This document shows, in pieces, positions 12,560 through 24,500 of a stretch of 64,000 nucleotides of DNA. The notes beneath the pieces are model-generated. The model did not search any database. It had not been told where the DNA came from and worked only from the letters and a program-made list of their open reading frames with translations. The stretch is from positions 62,062,001 to 62,126,000 of the forward strand of contig CM060733.1 of NCBI GenBank assembly GCA_030704615.1, read 5' to 3'. The position numbers were made by a program, and so were the translations under genes. This DNA is from Takakia lepidozioides. Its lineage: Eukaryota; Plantae; Bryophyta. How positions within the stretch are numbered: position 1 is the stretch's first letter; the number at the start of each line of letters is the position of its first letter.

Positions 12560-15500
12560 TTACTGAGGAGTCACGTAAGCTGAAGTGATGCCACCATCGA
12601 CCAACAGACTTGCGCCGGTCATGAAGGAACTGTCATTGGAAGCCAAAAAGAGTGCTGCCTTGGCCATCTCGATTGCCTCCCCGAAGCGACCCATGGGAAT
12701 GTGGACAAGTCGTCTCTGTTTCTTCTCTTCTGTATCCAAAAACTTCATGAGAAGCTCTGTCCTCAAAGGGCCTGGGCAAAGGGCATTAACCCGGACTCCT
12801 TCTCGTGCATGTGTTACTGCCAGTTCTCGTGTGAGAGCAAGAACTGCTCCTTTGCTTGCTGTGTATGCAATTTGTGGGGTTGCTGCCCCAAGGAACGCAA
12901 CAAATGAAGCTGTGTTTATCACTGCACCACCTCCAGCCCTTTTGATGGCTGGAATACCATATCTGCAGCCATTGTGGGAAGATATCAGACAGAAATCCTC
13001 AAGAAGTAAAATGACTGTTGACAAAGCTCATCCATGCTCTTGAGCGTACCCATGAAGCTTTGTAACAAAAAGATGTGGCTTGAAAAGTGTAGTCTCGAAT
13101 CTAGCTTCTTTGCACCTCTAGGGACACTGGAGCCAGAAGTGGTGGAAAGCGGTGAAACTAGCCGAATGCTCTTCCATTCGGAGTCTACAACATGCACAGA
13201 ATGTCAACATCTATACTGTTCTAGGAGAAAATCAACCCGTGTACCCATCAGAGGTCACGTATGTGAGGGAGCACACACTTCCTTTCCTACATTCTGTACT
13301 GGATTCTCACTGCACATCAATCCAATGGATAAGCGCATTCTGGAGAACACCAGGAAGACTAAAGAAGAGTTGGAAGGAGAACTCCGTTGACTTCAATCTG
13401 CCAAAATACATGTACCTGCAGCCATAAATGACACCCTTTACATTTACTGCCAGTGTCCGGTCAATCACTTCATCAGGTGTATTTATCGCATCGTCATCCT
13501 CTGTTTCCATAATGCCTGCATTATTGAAGACTATGTTCAGCCCCCCAAACACCTGTGCCACAGCCAACTTTTTATTAGCACAGCCTATACCTAGGACCTC
13601 TAAGCAAGGTTCCAAACCTGTTAAACATTTCCTTTCAAATGGGAAGCCAACACCCTTTTTGACCTTCAATTTATTGAGAATTTAAACAATAGCCGCAAAT
13701 ACCTTCTCAGCCTTAGCAACCATAGCTGCCACATCATTAGCAACAGAGACATCACCCCCAACCGCAAATCCTTGCCCATTTAATTCATGTATGGCATCAA
13801 CCGTGCACGCAGCTGCTGCCATGTTTCGGTCAGCTGCGACCACAGAAGCCCCCTCAAGTGCAAACAGCAGTGCAGCCTGCCGCTCAATCCCACTGCCTGC
13901 CCCTGCATGGAAACACATTCACTGGCTGGATAAGCATGTTCAACACTAACCTTCAGTGCTTTCTAGCTTCTTAAGTCTTGGTAAAGTGCCACATGAAGTT
14001 TGTAGTAATCATGCATATGCTCCAAAGCCAACTGGAACACCGATACAGCAGGTAGACTTAGCCAGGAACACGTTTTGCCAGAGCTGACCACCTCATTTGG
14101 AAAGAGCATGTCAGGGAAGGGGGTGACACTACCAACAATGCTAGGAGCTTGATTTAGTAGTAGCTCTCTATAGAGGTGGTTTTGGCTGGCTCTCCAAGCA
14201 GACTCTAAACGTCCTTTAGCACTGTTTTCAGCTGAGGTCAAAGACGTGCAGTGACAGTCTGCTATGTAAAAAAAGATTGTACTCATAAGACGTTGTTTGC
14301 CGTAGCCTTGTGGCCATTGGCCCCGCGCCCTGGTAAACAGGGGTACAGGCACAATTCCCTTGATAGATTTGAAGAGAGCGTCTCTTTGGTGAGAGAACCC
14401 CGGACAGTGTATCAGAAAATGAATACTGTCTTCAGATTGCCCACACAACGGGCAATTGCACTCTCCCTTTCCTCCCTGCTTCTGTTTGCTGTTCAAAGGT
14501 AGGCTTCCTGCCCTGAGTTTAAATTTCAGTCTAGTGCCGAGAGTGGGTAGACCCTTGAGGTCATCCAAGATGTCCTCCCCCATGTCACTGACTGGAAACA
14601 AGTTCAGGGAAGTTTTCTGCCTAACTTCATTTTCATCAGACAATCTCATGGCAACAGACATGGCATTGGACACTACAGCCTCTAAGTCAGATTTATCCAG
14701 CAGGGTCAAGACTTGCGGATCCAGGTCCAGGTCCTTGAGAATCTCTGTTTTGGAGCATGCTGACATACACTCCTTAAGCACCCCCACTTGAATGGATTCT
14801 AGAGACTTAGCCTGGTTGGAGTTATCAACCCATATTGCAGATCCGTAATCCAAGGCAGGTCTAATAACGCGACAAAGCATGGTTTTCTTAACCTCAGAGT
14901 TGACCCCTCTGCAGTGGAAAAATTTAGTGAGCCCCAGAGCTTTGCCCTTGCCAGTTTGAACAACTTTCCGGATATGTGCATCCCAATTACAATTGGAGGA
15001 AAACTCAACGCCCAGGTAAGTGTAGGAAGGGAGGACCGGGATCTCTTGGCTACCCCACTGCCACTTAAGATCACTTCCTCCCTCTCCTCTGTTGTTGAAT
15101 GCTACCACTGCACATTTGCTGACATTAGCCTCTAGCCCCCAAAGATCAAAGTATCTCTTCGCGCAATCAATCAACTCCTGGAGATTGGTTGGAGTCTCCC
15201 CTATGCCTGCGAAGTCATCCGCAAACATAAGGGCTGGTATGGTGGTATCACCCACCCTTAACCCAAATCCCTCACTTCCCACATCCTCGAGGAGTTGATT
15301 GATGAAAACATTGAAGAGCAGAGGGGAGAGAGTACATCCTTGAGCTACACCTTGGTCTATGTCGAAGAAGTTGGACTTCTGTCCATTAACAGTGACACAG
15401 CTTTTGGTGTGAGCATACAAGTTGTGGACAACTCTCCACATCTTTCCCTTGATCCCACAAGACCAGAGGCGGAACCATAGGCTATCTCTCCACACTGTGT

Positions 15501-16469
15501 CATAAGCCTTTTTGACATCCAGGAAAAAAACATAAGTGGGTTTCCCTTCTTTTTTCCTTCCCTGGATAATCTGGCTTAGAGTGAAGATATGATCCACACA
15601 GCCCCTGTTTCGCCGAAAGCCAGCTTGGCCTTCGTGGAAACAACCTCTAGACTCCAGATCAACCTCGAGACGAGTACTTATAACTCTGCAGAATGTCTTG
15701 CCAACAGCATTGAGGAGCGTGATGCCACGGTAGTTCCCCGGTTCTTCTCTGGCACCCTTCTTGTATAGATTGACAATGACCCCCTGTCGCCAGCGAAAGG
15801 GGATCATTTCAGTCTTCCAGATAAGGTTAAAGAGGAGAACAAAGAAAGAGAGAGACTGAAAGAAGAGAGGGAGGAATCAAGGTCAAAGTCAGACTCATGA
15901 GTTTTGTTTTTCATACAGAGAACCGGTTTCACAAACATATTATGTCTATCCACTTCATTCACTGTTGTTTCTTATAATCTAGCTGCCTGGATGGTGCCTT
16001 GCATTGGCAACAGGACCCGCCTATGCATATTTTCCCTCAGGATGTACGACAGCTAAGAATCTGCCCCGTATATATGGTAGATTTTAGAAGTCCATTTCTG
16101 GACATACCGACCAGACATATACTAAGGAGCACACTCTAGATGCATTCCTTGCAACTCTCCAGAAGCAGCAGAAACGGGCCACCAATACACCACCATTACT
16201 GCAGACACGATTCCTAACATGAAATTAAATCTCAATTCAAAGACCATTCCTTCAAATCACTTGCCTGCGATGAGGGCAGTTTTTCCAACGAGCTTTCCAG
16301 GTCCATGGTGTCCAGTACTCCGGGGAGACGTTTTCACAGATCCGCCACCTCCTTGCTCTCCATCTTCTCCAGATACTGCTGCGTATCCTCTCCTCAATAT
16401 TCCTATGGCAGGCACACACCTTAAGCGGAACAATATCTGCGAGAGAGAAGAGAAGCTAGAGCTCCCCAT
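12560..16469 (-). CDS. Classical short-chain dehydrogenase/reductase (FabG-like), copy A; exons 16469-16265, 13902-13703, 13552-13416, 12962-12560; 314 aa; carries G>E in the cofactor-binding motif
   Basis: Spliced frame is continuous (945 nt): TALIAG|AGSGIE, FNNAGI, NTAS, YTASK, VNALCPG, LVDGG. Intron 1 is GC-AG, the others GT-AG. N-terminal extension looks like an organelle transit peptide. Confidence 0.88.
14268..15840 (-). mobile_element. 5'-truncated RTE-like LINE fragment in SDR intron 1 (copy A), with internal deletions
   Basis: RT motifs NYRGITLL, QAGFR, LDVKKAYD, QGCTLSPLLF, FADD. Same family as 42489-46946. Confidence 0.9.
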
Positions 16470-16859
16470 GGTAAAAGCAGACAGGAAATGCGAAAACAGC
16501 CTCTTCTACCAGCTCTATTCAACTGGTTACTCCCGGTGATCAGACACGGTATTACCTTGATACCGTTCTCAAAACTTATGTACTAGATGTGGTTTACTGG
16601 TAAATACCGGTCGCCCCTGGTGCGAAGAGCTTCTTCATGTTTTCCGCTTTGCTCTTCTATGTTGGGAGAGGCCATGCCCAAGGCGCTGTCTTCCCCTTGC
16701 GGAGGATGGGTGGGAGTTCTCAGATCATGCTGTAGGATAATGGTTCACGCGGTGGGGCGGAAATGGGAGTCCACCTTTGCAGTGTCGGGCCCGAGACCCT
16801 TCCAAGTGAGGGCTGTCACACCTCCCCAGCGTCTAGGGGAACTGAAAAGAGGTATAAAC

Positions 16860-17070
16860 CAGTGTTGTGCGGGTCCGGGTTTTGAAGGCGGGTACCCGGC
16901 GGGTTAGGATCCGGGTTACCCGGACCCGTGCTATCACAAAAAACCCGGACCCTGACCCGGGTTCATTTCTAAAATGAACCCGGAACCGGACCCGCCTGCT
17001 GGGTCCAGAACCCGTTAAACCCGCTACCCGCGGGCCAATGTAGCGGGTCAGGGTCCGGGTCTTAATTTTA
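16860..17070. repeat. GC-rich ACCCG/CGGGT-rich segment starting CAGTGTTG; probable hAT/MITE end relic (duplicated at ~49242-49452)
   Basis: Many ACCCG(G) and CGGGT motifs in both orientations, typical of hAT subtermini. No matching second end found. Confidence 0.45.
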
Positions 17071-17499
17071 GATGGGCATGCGGGGACAACCTTAGATCTG
17101 GTAGGTTTTGTCATTCTAGCGACGACCGAAGGTCGGAAGCTAGTTTAGCGTAGAGCAGGAATAGGGTGCCATAGTGCCACGTCATCGTAGACACATCATC
17201 GTAGACACGTCGTCGTCGTCGTCAATTTCTTTGGAATCTGCCCGGACTGCCCGCCCGAAATATGCCAATAGAAATCGCCGCGCCAACTTTTTCCGCAATG
17301 CCCGGATCTTGATCTTCTTGAACTGCAGGAGCTCTGCCGCCATCGTTCACCTTGCAAGCTGCTCTCAACGAATTGAGGAAATACATGTTGAGGTAGATTG
17401 TAGCCCTGCGTTGTCTTTTACGTTCTTGTCGTCTCTCACCGTCACCCGTTCCTGCATTTTCCCGACGGACCCATATCCCAGAATGCACACATTGGCCCT

Positions 17500-19185
17500 C
17501 ACATGCATCAGGTTTTGCAACGGCTACGGAGGATGAGGGTTCATCTGCAGGAGCTTCGTCCTGGATGCAGAGGCTAAAGAGTGTGAGCAAGACACCTTCA
17601 TCAGATTCTTCCCAATCGGATACTTCTAAAGAAAAGTCTGTGTCTGAGCATGACCTTACAATGGAAAGTGAGTGCCATTCTACTGTGTCGTTAGGTGCTC
17701 TGCTACAGATTCAACAATCTAATATCATAAAAGGCCCTCACTTGCACAATGTGACTGCTGGGAGTTGATCAGTATGAACCGTTGGATCACTTTGTTTATT
17801 TATTGCAAAGGACACTTCACGAATTTCTTAGCTGAATGAAATGATGGTGCAGACAAGTCTGCTTCTGGTACCAATTTGGCTTATAGGAGACAATGGCGGA
17901 TATGCTTCTTTCAGCAACATGCAACTGCAGGAAGGAACCCAGTAGGTGTAAATTGGAGACTGAAGAGACAATACCCTAAAGCCTAGACTGGGCCTGCATT
18001 ATGATGATTCGCAATATAGGACACCAGTATAACAGAGAGGGGGATGTGGAAACTGGCCGATGGTTCCGCCGGGAATGTAAGTCTTCGTGGGAAGAGTAAC
18101 AGTGATCAAACAAGTAAGAAATTTTATGTCTTCTTTCAATGAGTGCTTGAAGACCCCAGATTGAGAGCCCAATCCTGTAGTTTGCAGCCACGGCGGTCAG
18201 AGGTTGGAAATGAGCCCAATAACCGGTTTAATACAGGTATGTACTCGATTTGTGAATCTTTCTTTGAAATCTGGCTCTGCCTCTCAATAGATTTTCTTTG
18301 TGTTGTACAGATTTTGCAGATGAGTTGAAGAAGGCACGCCAGTTTGGAAGTCTAACGACATTTGGACGCGGCCTGCCCAGAGGGGGTGAAGTATCAGCTA
18401 TAAAATCCCTTGAGAGACAGGAGGGGATTCTTCGATCCCTAGCCCGACATGACCCTCTGGTATGCTTTTTCATTACATCTGAATTTGGTTGCTACAGGAA
18501 AGTTTGTTTCAATGTTTAATGAGAGCACCAACCTTCAAAAGTGGTAAACAGTTAAAGAGGGTTGCATACTGGACGGCCGGGCTTGCACGTGAGCACACAA
18601 TGTCTTCAGAAAGTAAGCAAGGGGCATCGGGCTGGGCATGGTGTGGGTCCAGCGAGTTGGAGAGCTGCACAAGGCTGAGGTGGCAACGGAGTGGGGGTGC
18701 ACTGTGCATGATGTTGATGCCGTACTGCCAAAGTACGAGTGGGCAAAGGAGGCAAATAGGCGTGTGATGAAGCTTAAGGAGGAAGGCAAGCCGCTTCCCA
18801 AGTCTCTTGACGAGGTTAGTCTCCCGTGTTTGCTGCCTAAGAGCTCTTGTATGTTTTTGTTATGCTCTGGCAGCTGCATTCTCTTCTCAAAATCTCTCCT
18901 CCCGCTGTCTCGACAATGGCTTTCCACTGTTTGCCTGTTTCCTACCATCTTTTAATACCTTGAATGATGAAATATATTTGTCCCTATACCTTGAATATAA
19001 GGTGGCCATAGCTGGGAGATGAAGGGTCTAGCCTGAGGTTGACACCATGGATTTCTTGGTTGGTGAAGGTGGAAGAGTTGATGGGGGGTCGCTGGAATGC
19101 GGCAGCATCTGTGAATCTTGCAAAAAGTGGACAACTGAGTCGAAATGCTGTTTGTCCATGTGGCTCTGGAAAGAAGTACAAGAGG
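17500..19185 (+). CDS. SEC-C motif-containing plant protein (resembles the Arabidopsis At3g04950 family), multi-exon, start not resolved, possibly a pseudogene
   Basis: Exon pieces SWMQRLKS..DLTME|NFADELKKARQFG, YEWAKEANRRVMKLKEEGKPLPKSLDE|, NLAKSGQLSRNAVCPCGSGKKYKR, bounded by GT/AG sites. Confidence 0.72.
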
Positions 19186-21575
19186 TGGGTTCTTGCTCTT
19201 TTCACAACTCCTCTCATCTCTCTGCCCCATTCCAATGGGAGTGTCGTAAGGCGGAGAGAAGCAATGTTTCTGGCTGCTTTATCTCACACTCATACTTAAA
19301 CAGATGGATTTTGTGGCTAGATGAGTCAAATTTCAAACTTAAAGCAAAGCAAGTAGTACTATCAAACATCATGTAGCCTGGGAATAAGCTGGCCGTGAGG
19401 CATCTCTGGCTTGAACACATCTTACGTTTCACGCAATGTGGTGAGGGCACCTTCTTCTTCGACCTGTTTCAGCCTGTTTTATCTCTCATGAGACTCGGCC
19501 CTGAGATCCTGTTATCAGAGTCGTCCCTAAATTCTAATGTTGAACTCTGCAAGGTAGCTTGTTGGTGGATCTATGGTGGTTTTGTAGTGATTTTAACATG
19601 TTACTGCCAATGTGGCAACAGGAAAGAATCAAAAAACAGATAACAGAGATGAGGAGAAGCTTTGGAATGCTCACCTCAACGATGACCGCAGCTTCTGAAA
19701 GAGGATCAAGAGAGGGAGTCCACAATGCCTCTTCTGGCACTTCTGCGCATGTGAAGATGCTTTGTGAGGCAGGCAGACTGACAGAGGCTCTCTGCATAGA
19801 TAGCTGAAGGAGCAGGGATAGAGGGTGGGTCCAGATTCATCTAACAGGGCCAGATTTCAAGCTTCAGATCACCTATGATTCCCTGTGGAAGGACAGGTAC
19901 AAGAAACAGATGGTCAACTGCAACCCGCAGCGGCAGCGGTTAGACACTGCTAATGAAGGCACCTTCTTCAACACATTTCACCCTGTTTTTCCCTCTTATC
20001 AGAGTCGGCCCTAAATTTCCGTGTTGAATTCTGCAAGTTAGCTGGTTGAGTGAACCTTTGATAGTTTGGAGTGAATGACATGATACGGCCAATGTGACAA
20101 CAGGAAAGTATCCAGAAACAGGTAACAGAGCTGAGGAGAAGTTGTGGAATGAATACTTTTCCTGACCCCAGTTAATGGTGGGACAATTGAGGCAAAAAGG
20201 TGAATGCATGTTGGATTACAGAGAGTAGCAGATGCAATTGAGCATACAAACTAGTGTGATAAGTTGAGTTGGGTGTTTCCTAGAACTTCAAGCTCCAAAT
20301 TACCTATGATTCCCTGTGGATCAATAGCTACAAGAAACCTGCATCGGTAGATGGTCACCTAAAGGCATCAGCTGCAGCGGCACCTTTGCTAAAATCAGGC
20401 ACCTCAACCATGACCACAGCTTCTGCAAGGGGATTAAGAGAGGGAGGCCACAATGCCTCTTTTGGCACTTCTGGGCATGTGAAGATGCTTTGTGCGGCAG
20501 GCAGTCTGACAGAGGCTCTACAGACTTTAAACAAATGAGGCATTTCAACAAATTCAGATACGTATGTCTGTCTCTTGCTTAAGTGCATCAAGATGGAAGG
20601 TCTGGAAGCTGGAAAGCAAATGCACACTCACATTATCCAAAGTGTATTCCCGCCAAGTGTTTTTCTACTCAACACCCTTGTCTATATGTATGTTAAGTGC
20701 AGGAGCATCATGGATGCTCACCAAGTGTTCAACAGAATGCCTCAACCATCTTTGATCACGTGGAACGCGATGCTTGCAGGGTATGCACAGCAGGGGCGTG
20801 GTATGGAGGCCTTGGAGACCTATGATCAAATGATGGGGGAAGGGGTGAAGCCCGACCGGGGGGTGCTATTCTGTGAGCCCAGAGGCGTGAGCCTGTGAGC
20901 CCAGGAAACCGTGAGCCCAGCACAGGCTCACGCCACTTCAGCATGCATACAAGGCCTATTTTCGCGGTGTCACCTATTACCGCGGGTTGATCAGCCATTT
21001 CCAGGGAATGCAGACTGGATGTGTTACATCCATTGTATCCATCCTTTCTATCCATTGCATCCATTTAGACGTTATCAACATACCAAGCCCCTGCATTGGA
21101 ATGTGCCTACGTCGTGAGCAGGTGCACACTCACATCATCCAAAGCGGATCCCTGCGAAATCTTTTCTTACTCACCACCCTTGCGAACATGCCAGGTATGT
21201 GCGGGAGCATCATGGATGCTCACCAGAATTGAGAATGCCTGAACACTCTTTGATCACGTGGACTTTATCATGATGGATTTACCAAGCATTCTTCTAGCAG
21301 GAATGGTTTGGAGACGAACGAGCAAATGATGCGAGAATGCTCTACCCGAACCAAAGACGTTTGTTTGTTTTTGCAATGCACACAAGCCTGTGAGCTCCGC
21401 AAAACACTAAATAGATTGAAGGAACAATCCGGGCAGTCCATGCAACCCCCATCTCCAACGATAGTTTGTTCCCATGAATTTGCATCCCACGCACACATTG
21501 CAAACATGACAACAAGGACACACAACCATCCCATTTCAAAATTGGCCCCGAATGAAAGCAAAAGAAAACTTCATA

Positions 21576-24500
21576 TCAAGTGTTACAGTCATCAGAATCA
21601 GTATCGACCTCCTGTGCTATGTCATCCACAAAGATTCCGGCCCCAACACCACGTCTTCTACCACGGCCGTCGATGGTTGGACTGCGAGTGCCATGAATGG
21701 ACATGCTTGCTGCGAGTGCCTCCGCATAGACAGGTAGGACGTAAGACTGAGGAGGACTTGAAAGAAGTCCAAAAAGGTGTGATAGCCCTGGAGGGTCAGT
21801 GGAAGCACGCGGACTCCTGCAAAGTGGACAAAAACCAATTTTGAACACAATGATGCAATGCACAAGTCCAACGAAGAGGATATCTCCCATGTGCACTTTG
21901 CCTTAAGAACAGTGATTCTGGGTATTGAAACAACAATGCAAGCATCCACAGGTTGAACTTACTCACAGGCAAAGTCGTCATCCAGCTCCTTGTCGGAAAG
22001 TCTCCCCTGTATCAATATCAGCGGGTAGGGGCTTTGGAAGGACTTGAGAAGTGTGTCCACCCAAACCCATCAGGAGGTTCTTGTAAATCTCGGCATCCCC
22101 TTCAATCCCAAAGAGATGTCGCGCACTGGCCTTGCAAGTGTGGTACGAGGCACCTGCAGTGGAATACAATGAAGGAAACAAACATTGAAGACACATTTGG
22201 AATGGTGGGAAGAGCTGAAAGTGGAAGGTCAAACAAACCTCACGAAATGTGAATGTTGAAGAGACGAACCTGTGCCCATTGACAAATCCAGAACTTTGGC
22301 GTCTGTGTAGGTGCAGCATTCCACAATCGTCTGAATGAAAGCCGGGCTCCTCTCCCTGGCCCCTCTCCAAGGAACCCCATTCCCCCTCGCAAGCACACGT
22401 TGTTGTCCACGTAGTTGTGGTGCATGTCATCCGTGGGAGGATCTGTCCTCTCGTCTATGAACTTGCCCCCATGAGTGATGGCGAACTCCCTAATGACGGC
22501 TGGAGTCGTAGGTGGATGCACTCGGACGAGACAAACAGCTTCAAACAAACGAGTCTGCGAACAAGACATACACAAGGAACTAAGAAGCTTGAAAACCAGG
22601 CCCCTACATATTCATTTGAGCGACTTATGCAACTCCATCCGAGAACCACCAAGAAGAGGAATAAGAAGGCAGATTTACCATCTCTCCGGGACGATCCCCC
22701 TTCGTCAGGTACATGCTGTTCACACAATTCCATGTCTTCACGACCCTCATACTGGAGGCTTTCAAATAGCTGGCAAGTGCACGGCGACAGCGAAGATCGA
22801 TGGACTAGATGAGCACCAAAACACCTGCATCGGACAGAAAGAAATTGCAAAAGGAGAAAATCCACCGCCAGTAGCGCTCATCAAAAGCATTCCAACCTGG
22901 ACAAGCACCCGATGGAGGGACATCCAGTACTGGCAACCCATCAGGGATGTCCAAGATGATGAGTTCGGCTGCATATGGCTTCTCCTTCCCGTTCACCCAG
23001 GATTTGGTCATTTTAGCCTGCAAACAAGCATGCAATGGAATGCTCAAGAGGTTGAAACGATCCATGCACACAACAGACAAGAAGCAAAAGACAACACGCA
23101 CCGTGCCGAGGAACTCCACAATCCTCTCCCACACTGGTGATGGTTCGCCCTTGTAATCAGATTTCTTGGACTCCATCATGGCAAGGAACCCGACGTTGGC
23201 CATCTCCAACCTGGTAGGGCAAATGACCCTCGTGGGATGCTCCACTGCATGGTACGGGTCCTTGGGATCAACCACCCCCTTGTTCTTTCTCCCGGATCCC
23301 CTACCATGCGGTGGAGTCTGCTGGACAACCACCAGAGGGCCAGTATCTGTAACACTTCCCTGCCCACCTACCTGCCCTTGTGCCCCCTTCCCCCTACCCC
23401 TTCCTTTCCCCACACCACCAGCAACATCCTTTCCCTTTGCCTTTCTACCTTTACCCGGTGTATCCTGAGCGGGAGGCTCCTTCTCTGCAAGAGTCCTCAA
23501 ATTTCTCTCATGAATGTCGAGGTCGGCTGCTGCGGCGGTAGCTGCTATATGCTCATTCTCCTCAAAGACGCCTCCTGAGCTGGGGTCTCTGAAGCAGGGC
23601 AATCCAAATACCAACCACAAGCAGAAAGATGGTCTGGGCCCCAGTCATGCAAGATCCCCGTAGTAAACATGGTCTGGTTGGCAGCAGGGACAAGCCAAAG
23701 GTCCACGAAATCAGGATGTTTGTCCAAGCAGTTTTCTGCCATGAGAACATACTTTATGTACCTGCAGGAACAGAGACAACCTCATTATGCAATGCAAAAT
23801 ATTGTCTCCCAGCTTTTCCACCCCATCACGAAGATCCCCTAAAAGAGTATGCGACACATTACACTCCAGTACAAACTCATATGAGCCAGCCAAAAACAGG
23901 TTGGATGGAGGAGATTGTGTCTATGCAAAACAAGAAGCACAGTCCATTTCGCATCTGTAAAGGCATCGTTTCCAGGCTTCCTCTCTTTTCTCTTGCTGGT
24001 CAAGCTCATTTGTTCGACTGATGCTAGCATCCTTGCTGAACTCTCTGAAGAAACAAGATTGCCACACTGTGGATCTCCATTTCCTCATGTATGCTTGGAA
24101 GGAGACCTTCGGTTCTGTCATGGTGATCCCATAGTCAGCCAGCTGTGTATGTAGAACCGACCGGGCCCTTTCCTCCAACTGCAGACCATACAGAAGCAAG
24201 AATGAACACAAAAAACAATCACAACCAATGTAACATGGAAAAAGAATGACAGAAAAAGCGAAAAGAAAGTGACATAGCAAAGGACATCATACCTAGCTCC
24301 AGTAAGCGGCCTTGTGAAGCCATGTGTCCAGCACATTGTCACTGACAGGAATGACACGCTGGGTCTTCTTCTCTTTCTCCGGCCTGGGGAACATGTGGGT
24401 ATCCCTAAAAGTGGGATCGGAGTTCCATATCTGTAGCCACTTCACCTTCTGTTCTGAAGACACAACGGCAGTAGACAACCTGTGTATCTTCTCCTGGGCC

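Noticed and set aside
12585-13390. Plus-strand ORFs over the SDR, and many antisense ORFs over the transposases and LINEs
   Set aside because: Shadow frames of genes identified on the opposite strand, or intron sequence.
13963-14267. C-terminal tail of the 614-aa RT ORF as real protein
   Set aside because: Read-through past the LINE 3' end into SDR intron sequence, caused by deletions.
18900-19200. SecA translocase gene
   Set aside because: Only the short SEC-C motif is present; there are no DEAD-like ATPase motifs.
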